A stretch of 62,383 bases of DNA, the filler included. It is 3 parts of 3 records of this genome, joined end to end, with 100 filler letters (N's around TTAATTAATTAA, not from the genome) between each part and the next. Parts side by side here need not be neighbours in the genome. Positions count along the whole stretch, not along the records: positions 1 to 11,097 come from SRR31156797_16857; positions 11,198 to 38,807 come from SRR31156797_16884; 1 more part is not named here. One strand, given 5' to 3'. The position numbers and the translations under genes are program-made. The notes beneath the pieces were generated by a model. It worked only from the letters and a program-made list of their open reading frames with translations, had not been told where the DNA came from and did not search any database. This document shows, in pieces, positions 8,556 through 18,745 of the stretch; the stretch's first letter is position 1; each line of letters opens with the position of its first letter.

Positions 8556-11015
8556 TTAAAATTTTAGGTTTATCCCTGTCATAAAATTTATTCCAGCTTG
8601 TGGATAATATCCATCTAAATAGTTTAGTTCTCCTCCATAATAAAACGGATAAATCCATGCATTTGTAATGTATTCTGTATCAAAAATATTGTTGACCTGG
8701 ATGTAAATAGATGCATTTTTTAACCAATTTGTCGATAGAGAGTAATCTAAACGAAGGTTATTTACAAAGTAAGCATCCAGTTTTCTTTCTTTACTTGATG
8801 TGTTGTCTATATATTGATCGCCCACGTATTGCGATATAAATAGAACATTAAAGTTTTCAATAGGAGTGACTTTAATATTAGCATTTGCAATAATATTTGG
8901 TGAAAATGATATATCGGTTGTTCCCAATTCTTCAATTTCTTGTTCTCCTGTTTCCCAATTGTCCCAATTGTCAGTGTATGAAGTGAAATTTAAGATTTTA
9001 TTCTGGCTCAGCGTTAAATTTCCTTGTATTTCAATCCATTCTATTGGTTTAACTCCTGCTGATAGCTCAATTCCCATACGGTAGCTTTTATCAACATTTT
9101 CCATTATTGGTCCGCCAACATCATTGATATTACCAGTTAGAACAAGTTGATCTTCATAAAACATCATATAAGCATTTGCATTGACTGACCACTTTTCGAA
9201 ATATAATTTGCTTCCTAATTCACCATTGTAGAGCCTTTCTGATGTGGGCTCTGGTTTATTAAGATCTGCATCAACTAAAGTAGATCTATTTGGTTCCCGA
9301 TTAGAGATGGCAAGATTAATATATGAAGAAATATTATCATTAAGTTTTGCAAATAACCCGGCTTTTGGATTAAAGAAGTTGTAATTATGTGCTTGTGTTA
9401 AATTTCTTCCATCATCGTCATAGCCTTCGATTTTATAGTTGATATTTCTATATTGAAGATCGATGTAAGTATAGAGTTTATCGGACACTTTGATGTTAGC
9501 TTTTGCATAAATATTTGCATCATCTTTTAATCCATTATTATCATAAAAGCGATTATTGGGAGAGAAGCTTGCCAATGAATTCTGGGCCCATATAACTTCT
9601 CCAAAATGATTGCCGTCATAGCGATTCCATCCACCTCCAATGGCTCCTTCTAAATTCGGGAAAGTGATTTTTAATGAGGCAATTCCTCCATAGAATATGT
9701 TATCTAGATACTTTCTATCAATTAAATCAGTTGATTCACCAATAGTATCATTGTTATTAATTAAAATTGTACCATTGTAATCCGTAATATCTTTATCATA
9801 TCTATATGACTCGTAGAACCCATATCCATTTGTTTGGTGGTAGGCTATGTTGGCTTCAAAGTTTTCGTTTAAATTACGAGTGTAAAAAAACTGGTAATGA
9901 TCTTGTTTATAATCATCCACTTGATTATCGTAAAGGTATCTATTGAATGTTCTTGGATCAGAATTAATTAAATTTTCTCTTTCTTCATCAGAGTATCCAG
10001 AGTAGTCGGCAAATTCCTGCATCCCTTCTTCGTCTTCCTCTAATTTGACTTTTGGGATACCTTCCCAGGCCTGGTAAGTGATTTCATGTCCTGAGAATAC
10101 ATTAAAACGAATTATATCTTTATCCCCATGATATGTGCCTGAAACATAAAATGCTTTCAGATCTGATGTGGCCCGATCGATAAAACCATCACTTTTGATT
10201 TGTGATAGACGTGTATCAAAACTAAAACGACCATCGATAAGTCCTGTTCCTGCTTTAATGGTATTTTTTATTGTGTTGAATGAACCAAAAGCATTATTTA
10301 TTTCAGCATATGGATCTGTGCTAACTGAATTAGTTTGCATGTTGATTGAAGCGCCAAATGCAGCAGCTCCATTGGATGATGTTCCAACACCTCTTTGAAC
10401 TTGAATGCTACTTGTACTTTCAATAAAATCCGGCATATTAACGAACCATACTCCATGGGATTCTGCATCGTTTAGAGGGATGTCATTAACAGTTACGTTA
10501 ATTCTGTTTAGATCTGTTCCTCTAATTCGAAAGTTCGTGTATCCAATGCCGGTACCAGCATCTGAAGTTGAAACCACAGAGGGAGTCAATTGTAATAAGT
10601 AAGGAATGTCCTGAACAGCTTTTCTTTTCTTAATCTCCTGTGTTGAAATTGTAGAAAAACTTGTTGGCGTATTTTCAGTTGCACGTGTTGTGCTTACAAT
10701 GATTTCTTTTGTTTGAAATACGTTTTTGACTAATGAAACTTTCAACACTGTTTTGCCATTTACTTCAATATTTTTTTTGTAGGGTTCAAATCCCAAATAG
10801 GTAACGAGAAGATTGTAGTTACCCTTTTTTACATTATTAATAACAAACTTGCCATTCCCATTCGAGATAGTTTCAAAGTCACCGGGACTTAGTTTAATGG
10901 TTGCTCCACTTAAAGGTTTATTTTCTTCGTTGGTCACAACCCCATTGATGAGATTTTGTGCATTGATATACGAGAAAAACATAACCAATACAACTGAGAG
11001 AATTGTACTCTTCAT
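8556..11015 (-). CDS. TonB-dependent receptor, probable thiamine uptake
   Basis: Signal peptide, carboxypeptidase-regulatory-like N domain, plug (RIRG...QVQRGVGTS..GAAAFGASIN), barrel ending in F; TPP riboswitch upstream. Confidence 0.9.
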   Translation of the reverse strand: MKSTILSVVLVMFFSYINAQNLINGVVTNEENKPLSGATIKLSPGDFETISNGNGKFVINNVKKGNYNLLVTYLGFEPYKKNIEVNGKTVLKVSLVKNVFQTKEIIVSTTRATENTPTSFSTISTQEIKKRKAVQDIPYLLQLTPSVVSTSDAGTGIGYTNFRIRGTDLNRINVTVNDIPLNDAESHGVWFVNMPDFIESTSSIQVQRGVGTSSNGAAAFGASINMQTNSVSTDPYAEINNAFGSFNTIKNTIKAGTGLIDGRFSFDTRLSQIKSDGFIDRATSDLKAFYVSGTYHGDKDIIRFNVFSGHEITYQAWEGIPKVKLEEDEEGMQEFADYSGYSDEERENLINSDPRTFNRYLYDNQVDDYKQDHYQFFYTRNLNENFEANIAYHQTNGYGFYESYRYDKDITDYNGTILINNNDTIGESTDLIDRKYLDNIFYGGIASLKITFPNLEGAIGGGWNRYDGNHFGEVIWAQNSLASFSPNNRFYDNNGLKDDANIYAKANIKVSDKLYTYIDLQYRNINYKIEGYDDDGRNLTQAHNYNFFNPKAGLFAKLNDNISSYINLAISNREPNRSTLVDADLNKPEPTSERLYNGELGSKLYFEKWSVNANAYMMFYEDQLVLTGNINDVGGPIMENVDKSYRMGIELSAGVKPIEWIEIQGNLTLSQNKILNFTSYTDNWDNWETGEQEIEELGTTDISFSPNIIANANIKVTPIENFNVLFISQYVGDQYIDNTSSKERKLDAYFVNNLRLDYSLSTNWLKNASIYIQVNNIFDTEYITNAWIYPFYYGGELNYLDGYYPQAGINFMTGINLKF

Positions 11016-11068
11016 AATTTAAGTTTTTTGAATTTTACAATATGCAATGGGGGGAGAAAAAAACGCGA

Positions 11069-11097
11069 TTCCCTTCGCCGGCATTACCCGGATCAGG
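11069..11097 (-). ncRNA. TPP riboswitch, 3' half (5' half lost at the contig end)
   Basis: Minus strand reads CCTGATCCGGGTAATGCCGGCGAAGGGAA, the conserved P4/P5 core of the THI box. Confidence 0.88.
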
Positions 11098-11197
11098 NNN
11101 NNNNNNNNNNNNNNNNNNNNNNNNNNNNNNNNNNNNNNNNNTTAATTAATTAANNNNNNNNNNNNNNNNNNNNNNNNNNNNNNNNNNNNNNNNNNNN
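11098..11197. other. Artificial contig spacer
   Basis: 100-nt N block with TTAATTAATTAA (stops in all frames) at 11142-11153. Confidence 0.98.
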
Positions 11198-11198
11198 T

Positions 11199-13139
11199 GA
11201 TATTTCTCATGAGAGTTTAATGCGGATATGGGAGGTTTTGGCCAATTGGCTTGAAGAGGAGCATGAAGCCATTAAAGAATATCTACATATTGCAGAAGCT
11301 GCTGAAAATCAGCAAACAGGCAAAGGCTCATTACTTAAATCACCAGAATTACAGCTTGCACTTAACTGGCGAGCAGAGAACAAACCAACCCGTGAGTGGG
11401 GAATTCGTCATAATGTGGCTTACGATCGCACTATGCAGTTTTTGAGTTACAGCGAAAAAAAGTTTTTACAGGAGCAAAGACTGAAAGAAAAGCTACAAAA
11501 AGTGCGATTAATGGTGTTTAAAGTTATTGCCGGAATTTTTGGTTTGGGAGCATTAATTGCAATGGCTTTTTTCTTTTATGCCCAGGAGCAACGCAAAGAA
11601 GCCCAAAAGCAACAAGAGCTTGCCAATGTGCAAAAAGAAAAAGCAACTGAACAGGCTATCATTGCTGAACAGAGTGCTAAAGAAGCTATGAAACAAAAAC
11701 ATCGTGCTGAAATTGAAAAAACTAAAGCAGTTGAAAGTCAGCGTATTGCCAATGAACAAAAACAGGAAGCATTAAAGCAAAGGGAGTTGGCTGAGAAAGA
11801 ACGACAATTTGCAATGGAACAAAAAGAGCAGGCTACCATTGCTGGACAGCGTGCACTAGAAGAAGAAAAAAAGGCCTCTCGGTTGCGCATGATCTCGATT
11901 GCACGCTCTATGGCAGTTAAATCATTGCAAGAACCAGATAAATTATTGAAAGCGCTATCTGCTCGTCAATCATACAATTTATTCACGCAATACGGAGGAA
12001 ATGACACTGATCCAGATATATACAGCGCCCTTTATTATGCGGTAAAAACATTACAGGGGAATACATTTAATACGGCGAAATCACATTTTGATAATGTACG
12101 GGAAATTGTAACACTTGATAATTCTGAATATATATTTTCAGCCGGTAGTGATGGACAGGTTTTTAGATGGCAAAAGGCAACAGATGGGTTTCAATCTAAG
12201 CTATTATTATTGTCACGAGGGAAAATTCACAAGGCTATGGATGCTACTACTGACGGCAAAACGCTTGTGGTTGGTGGGAATTATCCTTTTCTTAAGATTA
12301 TAAGCACTCATAATACAGATGAAATAAGAACTGTAGATATTCCAGTAAATGATGTACAATATCTGAAATTTACACCCAATAATAAAAAAGTAATTTACCT
12401 GGGAAGTAATAAGCAGATTATGGAGTATAATTTTGTGACTTCTGCAGTGATTGCGAAATCAAACACCAAAGTAAATGCATTAGATATGTCACCTGGTGGA
12501 AGGTTTTTAGCTGTTGCAAAGGCTAAAGGTGAAGTAATACTAATTGATTTAAATACACATGAACAAAAGGTTTTATACATTTCCACAAGTCGGTCAGATA
12601 TAACATCAGTAAAATATAGTCATACAGGTGATGTGCTGGCAGTGGGAGATATGAGTGGAATGGTCAGAATATTAAATCCTCAGACTGGAAAGGAGTTATT
12701 TAAATTACCGGGTCATACGGCAATGGTTAATAAGATGGTATTCAATCATAAAGGCGACAAATTAGCTACTGCAAGTTGGGATCATAGTGTGCGAATCTGG
12801 AATCTCAATAATCCATATTCGACACCAATTTTATTAAATGATCACAATGATTGGGTTTGGTCGGTTGCATTTAGTCATGATGATCAATACTTACTGGCCG
12901 GTTGTCGTGATAACCTTATTCGCACCTGGCTGCTTGATATGGATCGTATGGCTAGAATGATTTGTAAGAACAATGCTCTGGACAGAAACTTTACCCCAAC
13001 AGAATGGGAGAATTATGTGGCCAAAGATGTGGATTATGAATGCACGTGCAAGAAAAACCCACCTGAAACTGGTAATAGAAGAACTCAGTCAGACTCTTTG
13101 CAGGTTTTTTCAGGATCAGCAGATCAGATTTTAAACTAA
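11199..13139 (+). CDS. 5'-truncated STAND NTPase-type (nSTAND1-like) protein with TM, coiled coil and WD40 propeller
   Basis: Frame open from the contig edge (DISHESLMRIW..L..W), one TM helix, E/Q/K/A-rich coil, WD40 repeats such as GHTAMV...LATASWDHSVRIW. Confidence 0.8.
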   Translation, partial: DISHESLMRIWEVLANWLEEEHEAIKEYLHIAEAAENQQTGKGSLLKSPELQLALNWRAENKPTREWGIRHNVAYDRTMQFLSYSEKKFLQEQRLKEKLQKVRLMVFKVIAGIFGLGALIAMAFFFYAQEQRKEAQKQQELANVQKEKATEQAIIAEQSAKEAMKQKHRAEIEKTKAVESQRIANEQKQEALKQRELAEKERQFAMEQKEQATIAGQRALEEEKKASRLRMISIARSMAVKSLQEPDKLLKALSARQSYNLFTQYGGNDTDPDIYSALYYAVKTLQGNTFNTAKSHFDNVREIVTLDNSEYIFSAGSDGQVFRWQKATDGFQSKLLLLSRGKIHKAMDATTDGKTLVVGGNYPFLKIISTHNTDEIRTVDIPVNDVQYLKFTPNNKKVIYLGSNKQIMEYNFVTSAVIAKSNTKVNALDMSPGGRFLAVAKAKGEVILIDLNTHEQKVLYISTSRSDITSVKYSHTGDVLAVGDMSGMVRILNPQTGKELFKLPGHTAMVNKMVFNHKGDKLATASWDHSVRIWNLNNPYSTPILLNDHNDWVWSVAFSHDDQYLLAGCRDNLIRTWLLDMDRMARMICKNNALDRNFTPTEWENYVAKDVDYECTCKKNPPETGNRRTQSDSLQVFSGSADQILN

Positions 13140-13166
13140 TAATTTTCAGATTTTTAATAAACAATC

Positions 13167-14243
13167 ATGTATCAAAAAAAGCATCATTTTACAAATAAAG
13201 TTTTAACTATTACACTTTTATTATTTGTAGTAAACATATTATCAATTTCACATATTAATGCGCAAGAGTCATGTACTCAGAAACTGGAAAAAGCAGAAGA
13301 GCTCTATGAGATCGGGCAAATTGATAAAGTTGCTCCACTTTTGAATGAATGCTTGCAAAGTGGATTTAGTCGTGCAGAAAAAGTAAGGGCCTATCGATTA
13401 TTGACTTTGTGTCATTTATATTATAACGAGAATGAAAAGGCTTCAGAAGCCATGGGTAATTTGTTAAAAGTTAAACCCGAATATAAAATGACCGAATTTG
13501 ACCCCACTGAATTTTCAACCTTACATCAAACATTTCGCACTCGTCCTTTATTTATTTTAGGACTAAAAGCGGGAGTCGGTGCAATAGATATTTATCATAT
13601 TACTAACTATAATGATTTAAATAGCCTTGAGAGTGAAGGAGTTTATTATCCTGGTTTATCTTATAGTGCCGGATTAAGCGGTGAAACACCTATTATCGAT
13701 GAATTAAGCTTAGTATATGAAGTTTTTTATCACCAATCAGGATACAAATATGAAGATTTAATATTGGATTATGCCTCCGTAGAGTTTGAAGAACAACTTT
13801 CATCTATTGACATTCCATTGCTTGCACAATGGAATATTTTAAAAAAGGATTTTGCTCCATACATTAATGCAGGGGTGAGTTTGAATCTTTTAATTGCTGC
13901 AGATGGGACACTTGTGCGTCGAGATCGTATAGGAGAGTTTTACCGTGATCCTGTTACCATCGATTTGGATTTGCTCAATTCAAGAAACACCTTTAATTAC
14001 GGGTTTACTACAGGAGCTGGTTTTCGTTGGAAAAATCTTCTGGGGAAAGGCTATCTTACCTTTGATATGAGATATACACGGTATTTTAATCAAATTGTGG
14101 ATTCTGATAATCGAGCCCAGTCTCCTGAAATGGTTTATAGTTATTTTACTACAGACAATCCATTAAAAATGCAAAATTTTCAGGTTATGTTGGGATACAA
14201 AATGCCAATTTATTTTGCACGTCAGAAATCTAAATTTAGATAG
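13167..14243 (+). CDS. Outer membrane beta-barrel (PorT-like) with an N-terminal helical domain
   Basis: Signal peptide, helical TPR-like segment, then alternating beta strands (LGLKAG, IDIPLL, PYINAG, FDMRY). Confidence 0.7.
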   Translation: MYQKKHHFTNKVLTITLLLFVVNILSISHINAQESCTQKLEKAEELYEIGQIDKVAPLLNECLQSGFSRAEKVRAYRLLTLCHLYYNENEKASEAMGNLLKVKPEYKMTEFDPTEFSTLHQTFRTRPLFILGLKAGVGAIDIYHITNYNDLNSLESEGVYYPGLSYSAGLSGETPIIDELSLVYEVFYHQSGYKYEDLILDYASVEFEEQLSSIDIPLLAQWNILKKDFAPYINAGVSLNLLIAADGTLVRRDRIGEFYRDPVTIDLDLLNSRNTFNYGFTTGAGFRWKNLLGKGYLTFDMRYTRYFNQIVDSDNRAQSPEMVYSYFTTDNPLKMQNFQVMLGYKMPIYFARQKSKFR

Positions 14244-14307
14244 AACGTGTTTGCATATAGCTTTGTATTATTTGTGTGATTAACTGTTAAAGTCCCAAGC
14301 TTTATTT

Positions 14308-14315
14308 TATTTTTG
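14308..14315 (+). promoter_or_regulatory. Bacteroidota -7 element
   Basis: TATTTTTG upstream of the MORN-repeat gene. Confidence 0.45.
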
Positions 14316-14393
14316 CATTAGCATTCCCTCATTAATAATTTTTGGGGACGATGCAGCGTTTTGAAAATAGTTTTCAACCATAAATTGAAGTGT

Positions 14394-15206
14394 ATGCGTT
14401 ATATCTTAGTTTTTCTTTTAGGAATAATTACAGTTGGTATTGTGGCTCAAAATGTGGGTCAGGTTGGCGACACCTTGCTTAACTATAAGGATATTAATGG
14501 ATTGAAGCAAGGTAAGTGGATTAAGAAATATTATAGTGGGGAGAAAAAGTATGAGGGATATTTTGTGGATGATTTACCAAAAGGAGAGTTTATTAGATAT
14601 GATGAAAAAGGAAGAATGAAAACATGGCAATATTTTCATGGAGATAGTTTACAGGCGACCACCATCATGTTTTATCCAAATGGAGATACATTATCAACAG
14701 GTAAGTTTTACAACAAAAAGAAAGACAGCATTTGGCATTACTACAGCGAGGACAGGAAGTTAATGATGACAGAATCTTTCAAAAAAGGAGTTTATCACGG
14801 AGATTTTATTTATTATTACCCAAATGGAGCCAAATGGCAATATATTCATTATACAGATGGTAAAAAAGATGGAAACTGGAAACGATTTTATTCCAATGGG
14901 AAAATAATGTTTGAAGCAGTTTACAATGATGGATTGCGCCAGGATACTTTCAAGACGTATTACGAAAATGGTCAATTAGAAGTTAGCGTTCCCTATAAAG
15001 ATGATTTAAAGCATGGTAACTTTTACCTTTACGATGAAAATGGTAAGCTAATAGAACATCGCAAATATATTAAAGGTGTCGCCGAGAATCAGGCAGAATT
15101 AGATATGAAAGAATCGAAGGAAATAGAGGAACTTATTCGAAATCGTGGCAAATTTCAAGAGCCATACGATGAGATAAAGAAAATCTACAGGGATCGGGAT
15201 TATTAA
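14394..15206 (+). CDS. Secreted MORN-variant repeat protein (YwqK-like)
   Basis: Signal peptide; repeated G.W..YY.NG.....Y..G units. Confidence 0.85.
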   Translation: MRYILVFLLGIITVGIVAQNVGQVGDTLLNYKDINGLKQGKWIKKYYSGEKKYEGYFVDDLPKGEFIRYDEKGRMKTWQYFHGDSLQATTIMFYPNGDTLSTGKFYNKKKDSIWHYYSEDRKLMMTESFKKGVYHGDFIYYYPNGAKWQYIHYTDGKKDGNWKRFYSNGKIMFEAVYNDGLRQDTFKTYYENGQLEVSVPYKDDLKHGNFYLYDENGKLIEHRKYIKGVAENQAELDMKESKEIEELIRNRGKFQEPYDEIKKIYRDRDY

Positions 15207-15327
15207 ACCTAAATTTCTATCCAACAAAATTTTAGCATGTTTGTTGTGGAGTAATGTGTGGGAAAAACGGTAACCAAAATGACACGGGTCTTATGGTTTG
15301 AAGTTGAAATTTATTGAATTAGAAGAA

Positions 15328-16422
15328 ATGACAAAACGTGTATTACTCGCAATGAGCGGAGGAATTGACAGCTCAGTAGCTGGAATGTTATTGAGCGAGC
15401 AGGGTTATGATGTTTATGGTATTACCTATAGAACGTATGATTCGGTTAAAGATAGTTGTATAAGTAAAGAAACCGGTTGTTGCACAGTTGATTCCATGAT
15501 GGAAGCAAAACGATTATCCGAAAAGTTAGGTTATCCACATGAGATACTCGATTTACGTGAAAATTTTAAAAATACTATCATTAAGAACTTTGTTGATGAA
15601 TATTTGAATGGACGCACGCCAAATCCATGTGTTGTATGTAATTCTGATATTAAATGGGGTGAATTACTTGAACGAGCTGATGCCTTAGGTTGTGATTATA
15701 TTGCTACAGGACATTATGCCAGGGTTTTTAATGATAATGGCCGTTATTATTTGGCTAAAGGTGTTGATGATACGAAAGATCAAACATATTTTCTTTATGG
15801 ATTGGCTCAACAAGATTTGGCGCGCACATTATTCCCATTAGGTGGTTTTCAAAAAAGTGAAGTACGCAAGATGGCCGCAGAACGTGGTTTTGTGAAAATC
15901 TCAGAAAAGAAGGAAAGTCAGGAGATTTGTTTTATACCTGACAACGATTATCGTAGATTTTTAACTGACGAGGTTCCTGAAAGATTAGATCAAATTGGTA
16001 AAGGCGATTTTGTAATGGTTGATGGACAAAAGGTCGGTGAACATAATGGTTATCCTTTTTATACTATTGGCCAGCGCAAAGGGTTAGGTGTGGCAATGGG
16101 CTATCCTGTGTATGTGGTTGAAATCGATGCCGATAAGAATATTGTAGTTTTGGGTGAGAAAAAGCATTTACAGGGAGCTACTTTTACCGTAGGCAATGTA
16201 AATTTGATGAAATACGATTCTATTCCTGAAGAGGGATTAGAAGTAAATATCAAAATCAGGTATAGAAATCAGGGAACTTTAGGAAAAATATACCCAAAAG
16301 GTGATAAATTGCAGGTAGAATTATATCATACCGCTTCAGCTATTACTCCTGGTCAATCAGCTGTATTTTATGAAGGAGCTGATGTAGTTGGAGGAGGTTT
16401 GATTTTAAGTTTAAAAAGATAA
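15328..16422 (+). CDS. mnmA: tRNA 2-thiouridylase MnmA
   Basis: AMSGGIDSS, GRTPNPCVVCN, ATGHYA, KDQTYFL, ESQEICF, YTIGQRKGLG, PGQSAVFY. Confidence 0.97.
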   Translation: MTKRVLLAMSGGIDSSVAGMLLSEQGYDVYGITYRTYDSVKDSCISKETGCCTVDSMMEAKRLSEKLGYPHEILDLRENFKNTIIKNFVDEYLNGRTPNPCVVCNSDIKWGELLERADALGCDYIATGHYARVFNDNGRYYLAKGVDDTKDQTYFLYGLAQQDLARTLFPLGGFQKSEVRKMAAERGFVKISEKKESQEICFIPDNDYRRFLTDEVPERLDQIGKGDFVMVDGQKVGEHNGYPFYTIGQRKGLGVAMGYPVYVVEIDADKNIVVLGEKKHLQGATFTVGNVNLMKYDSIPEEGLEVNIKIRYRNQGTLGKIYPKGDKLQVELYHTASAITPGQSAVFYEGADVVGGGLILSLKR

Positions 16423-16425
16423 TAG

Positions 16426-17124
16426 ATGAGGTTTAAACTCGCTATTTTAATACTAATTTTAGTTTTGTCAGCTTGTAAAAAAGATGATAGCGAGTTTAAT
16501 TTGTCAGATTCAAAACGTTATTTTCCATTATTTGAAGGTAAAGAATGGGTAGATAGCATTGTAAATATATGGATTGATTCCCCAAGTAACATTTATGATA
16601 CATCCCTTATAATTTATAGGACAGTTGTTGATAGTGCTGTTTCTCAAAGCGTTAGCGAGCGTTATTATTGCTCCGTTTATAAAAAACAAAACGAAACATG
16701 GGTCATTGATCATGTCTTTTGGTATGAGATATCCACTACACAACTGACACGTTTTGAGGATAATACAATGTGGCTCGATATGGTTTACCCTTTAACTGAG
16801 GGCAAGGAGTGGAATCCATATGCCTACAATGTAAATTCAGATACAATCTTAAGAAACAGGGTTCATAGTATTAACGAATCAAGTTTAATTAATAATGTTT
16901 TTTACGATTCAACGTTAACTATATATCATCAAATGGATTCTACACTTATATACAAGTATACTGATGTAAGCAAATTTGCAGCTGGTATAGGTTTAATTAG
17001 TAAAGAAAAAGTTTCCATTATTTCTGACGATCCTAATTACGATTATACACTTCCAATTGACCAACGGATAAAAACAGGTCAATTTGTTAAAGTAAAAAGA
17101 AATTACAACTATGAGAACTATTAA
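16426..17124 (+). CDS. Lipoprotein of unknown function
   Basis: Lipobox LSAC followed by KKDD; YFPL..G..W motif. Confidence 0.8.
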   Translation: MRFKLAILILILVLSACKKDDSEFNLSDSKRYFPLFEGKEWVDSIVNIWIDSPSNIYDTSLIIYRTVVDSAVSQSVSERYYCSVYKKQNETWVIDHVFWYEISTTQLTRFEDNTMWLDMVYPLTEGKEWNPYAYNVNSDTILRNRVHSINESSLINNVFYDSTLTIYHQMDSTLIYKYTDVSKFAAGIGLISKEKVSIISDDPNYDYTLPIDQRIKTGQFVKVKRNYNYENY

Positions 17125-18745
17125 ATTCATATCAATAATCGCAGCGTGTTTAATACAGTTATCTGTATTTGCACAAGTGGCGCCAAACAAATATGTTGTT
17201 TATTTTACGGATAAGGATCAAACTCCTTTTAATGTTGAAAATCCGGAAGCTTTCCTAACGCAAAGAGCACTTGATAGAAGAGCAAATGCAGGAATTGATA
17301 TTGATTCTACAGATTTACCTGTAGATCCTGTTTATCTTGACAGTATTGAAACAACAGGAGCAGAGGTTCTATATAAAAGTAATTGGTTCAATTTTGCAGT
17401 TGTCAATGCCAATGAAGTTGACATACTGACCATTGAGGATTTTGGTTTTGTCAGTTCTGTTAGTAAGAGAGAGAACAAAACATTAGCAACTACTTCAAAG
17501 AATAAATTCGAAGTAGAGGTGGTGCAGAGTAAATCAGCAATGGCTACTTATACAGAAGTACAGGAGCAAATTAATGTAGATTATTTACATGATTTGGGTT
17601 TCCGGGGTGAAGGTATGCGAATTGCAGTTATTGATGCCGGTTTTACAGGAATGGATGTTAATAGTGGATTCACACATCTGTTTGATGAAGGAAGGTTAAT
17701 TGCTTCAAGAAATGTGGCCTCAAATGCTAATATTTTTAGTTCTCATACTCATGGCACATCAGTAAGTTCAATTATGTGTGCTGATTTAGGAGTAACATAT
17801 AAAGGTGTGGCAAATAAAGCAGAATATATTATTATACGTTCCGAAACTGGTGCTACTGAGCTTCTAGAGGAAGAGTTTGCCTGGGTTGCAGCTGCTGAAT
17901 TTGCGGATAGTCTGGGAGCAGATATTATAAACTCTTCTTTGGGTTATACTACTTTTGACTGGCCCGATCAAAATCACGATTATGATGACCTTGATGGGAA
18001 TACAGCTATAATAAGTAAGGCTGCAGGGCTTGCTTTTGCTAAAGGTATTTTGGTGGTTACTTCTGCAGGTAATTCAGGGAATGATTCCTGGTATTATATT
18101 AGCGTTCCTGCTGATCAACCTGATATATTGACTGTAGGTTCAGTAAATATAGATGGAGAAAAGTCTGATTTTAGCTCCTTTGGTCTCCCTGAACATCTTT
18201 ATAAACCAGATATATCTGCATGTGGTGAGAATGCACCCTATACTTATGCAGGGGAAGTATATACAGCAAATGGTACATCTTTTTCAAGTCCATTAGTGGC
18301 GGGAGCTGCAGCATGTTTATGGCAAGCTAATCCCACAAAAACAAACCAGGAGGTTGCTGCTGCAATTAGAGCAAGCGGTTCGTTATATCCCAGTGGGAAT
18401 CAGATGATTGGTTATGGAATCCCGGACTTTGCAGCAGCTCATGCTATTCTTAATGACTCATCAGGTTTGCCAACTAATCCAAATAGTGCTGAGTTTTTAT
18501 CAGCTTACCTGGCAGATGAAAATCAATTAATGCTTAAAATTTATTCTCCAGTTGCAACAAAAGTGAATATCAAAATATATGATTTGGCTGGAAAGATTAT
18601 GTTTCAGCAAAAAGCGGATTTACAAGGCAAGTCTGTGAATACGATCAATATGAATAATGGATTTTCTAACAATGACAATCAAATTATTTTGATTTATCTT
18701 GACGGTGATCTGTTTAACGAAACCCACAAAGTTAGCTTATTTTAA
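17111..18745 (+). CDS. Subtilisin-like S8 serine protease with probable T9SS C-terminal domain
   Basis: Triad IAVIDAGF / HTHGT / GTSFSSP, SAGNSG oxyanion motif, C-terminal IYDLAGK. Confidence 0.92.
   Translation: MRTIKFISIIAACLIQLSVFAQVAPNKYVVYFTDKDQTPFNVENPEAFLTQRALDRRANAGIDIDSTDLPVDPVYLDSIETTGAEVLYKSNWFNFAVVNANEVDILTIEDFGFVSSVSKRENKTLATTSKNKFEVEVVQSKSAMATYTEVQEQINVDYLHDLGFRGEGMRIAVIDAGFTGMDVNSGFTHLFDEGRLIASRNVASNANIFSSHTHGTSVSSIMCADLGVTYKGVANKAEYIIIRSETGATELLEEEFAWVAAAEFADSLGADIINSSLGYTTFDWPDQNHDYDDLDGNTAIISKAAGLAFAKGILVVTSAGNSGNDSWYYISVPADQPDILTVGSVNIDGEKSDFSSFGLPEHLYKPDISACGENAPYTYAGEVYTANGTSFSSPLVAGAAACLWQANPTKTNQEVAAAIRASGSLYPSGNQMIGYGIPDFAAAHAILNDSSGLPTNPNSAEFLSAYLADENQLMLKIYSPVATKVNIKIYDLAGKIMFQQKADLQGKSVNTINMNNGFSNNDNQIILIYLDGDLFNETHKVSLF

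Noticed and set aside
11142-11153. TTAATTAATTAA repeated in both N blocks (also 38852-38863)
   Set aside because: Synthetic linker at an identical offset in each 100-nt spacer; not a biological repeat.
11580-11880. Repetitive E/Q/K/A-rich stretch
   Set aside because: Coiled-coil coding bias; no exact DNA repeat or CRISPR-like periodicity.
14394-15206. Possible toxin-antitoxin or polymorphic toxin immunity gene (YwqK label)
   Set aside because: A generic MORN-variant repeat protein with a signal peptide and no adjacent toxin, in a housekeeping neighbourhood.
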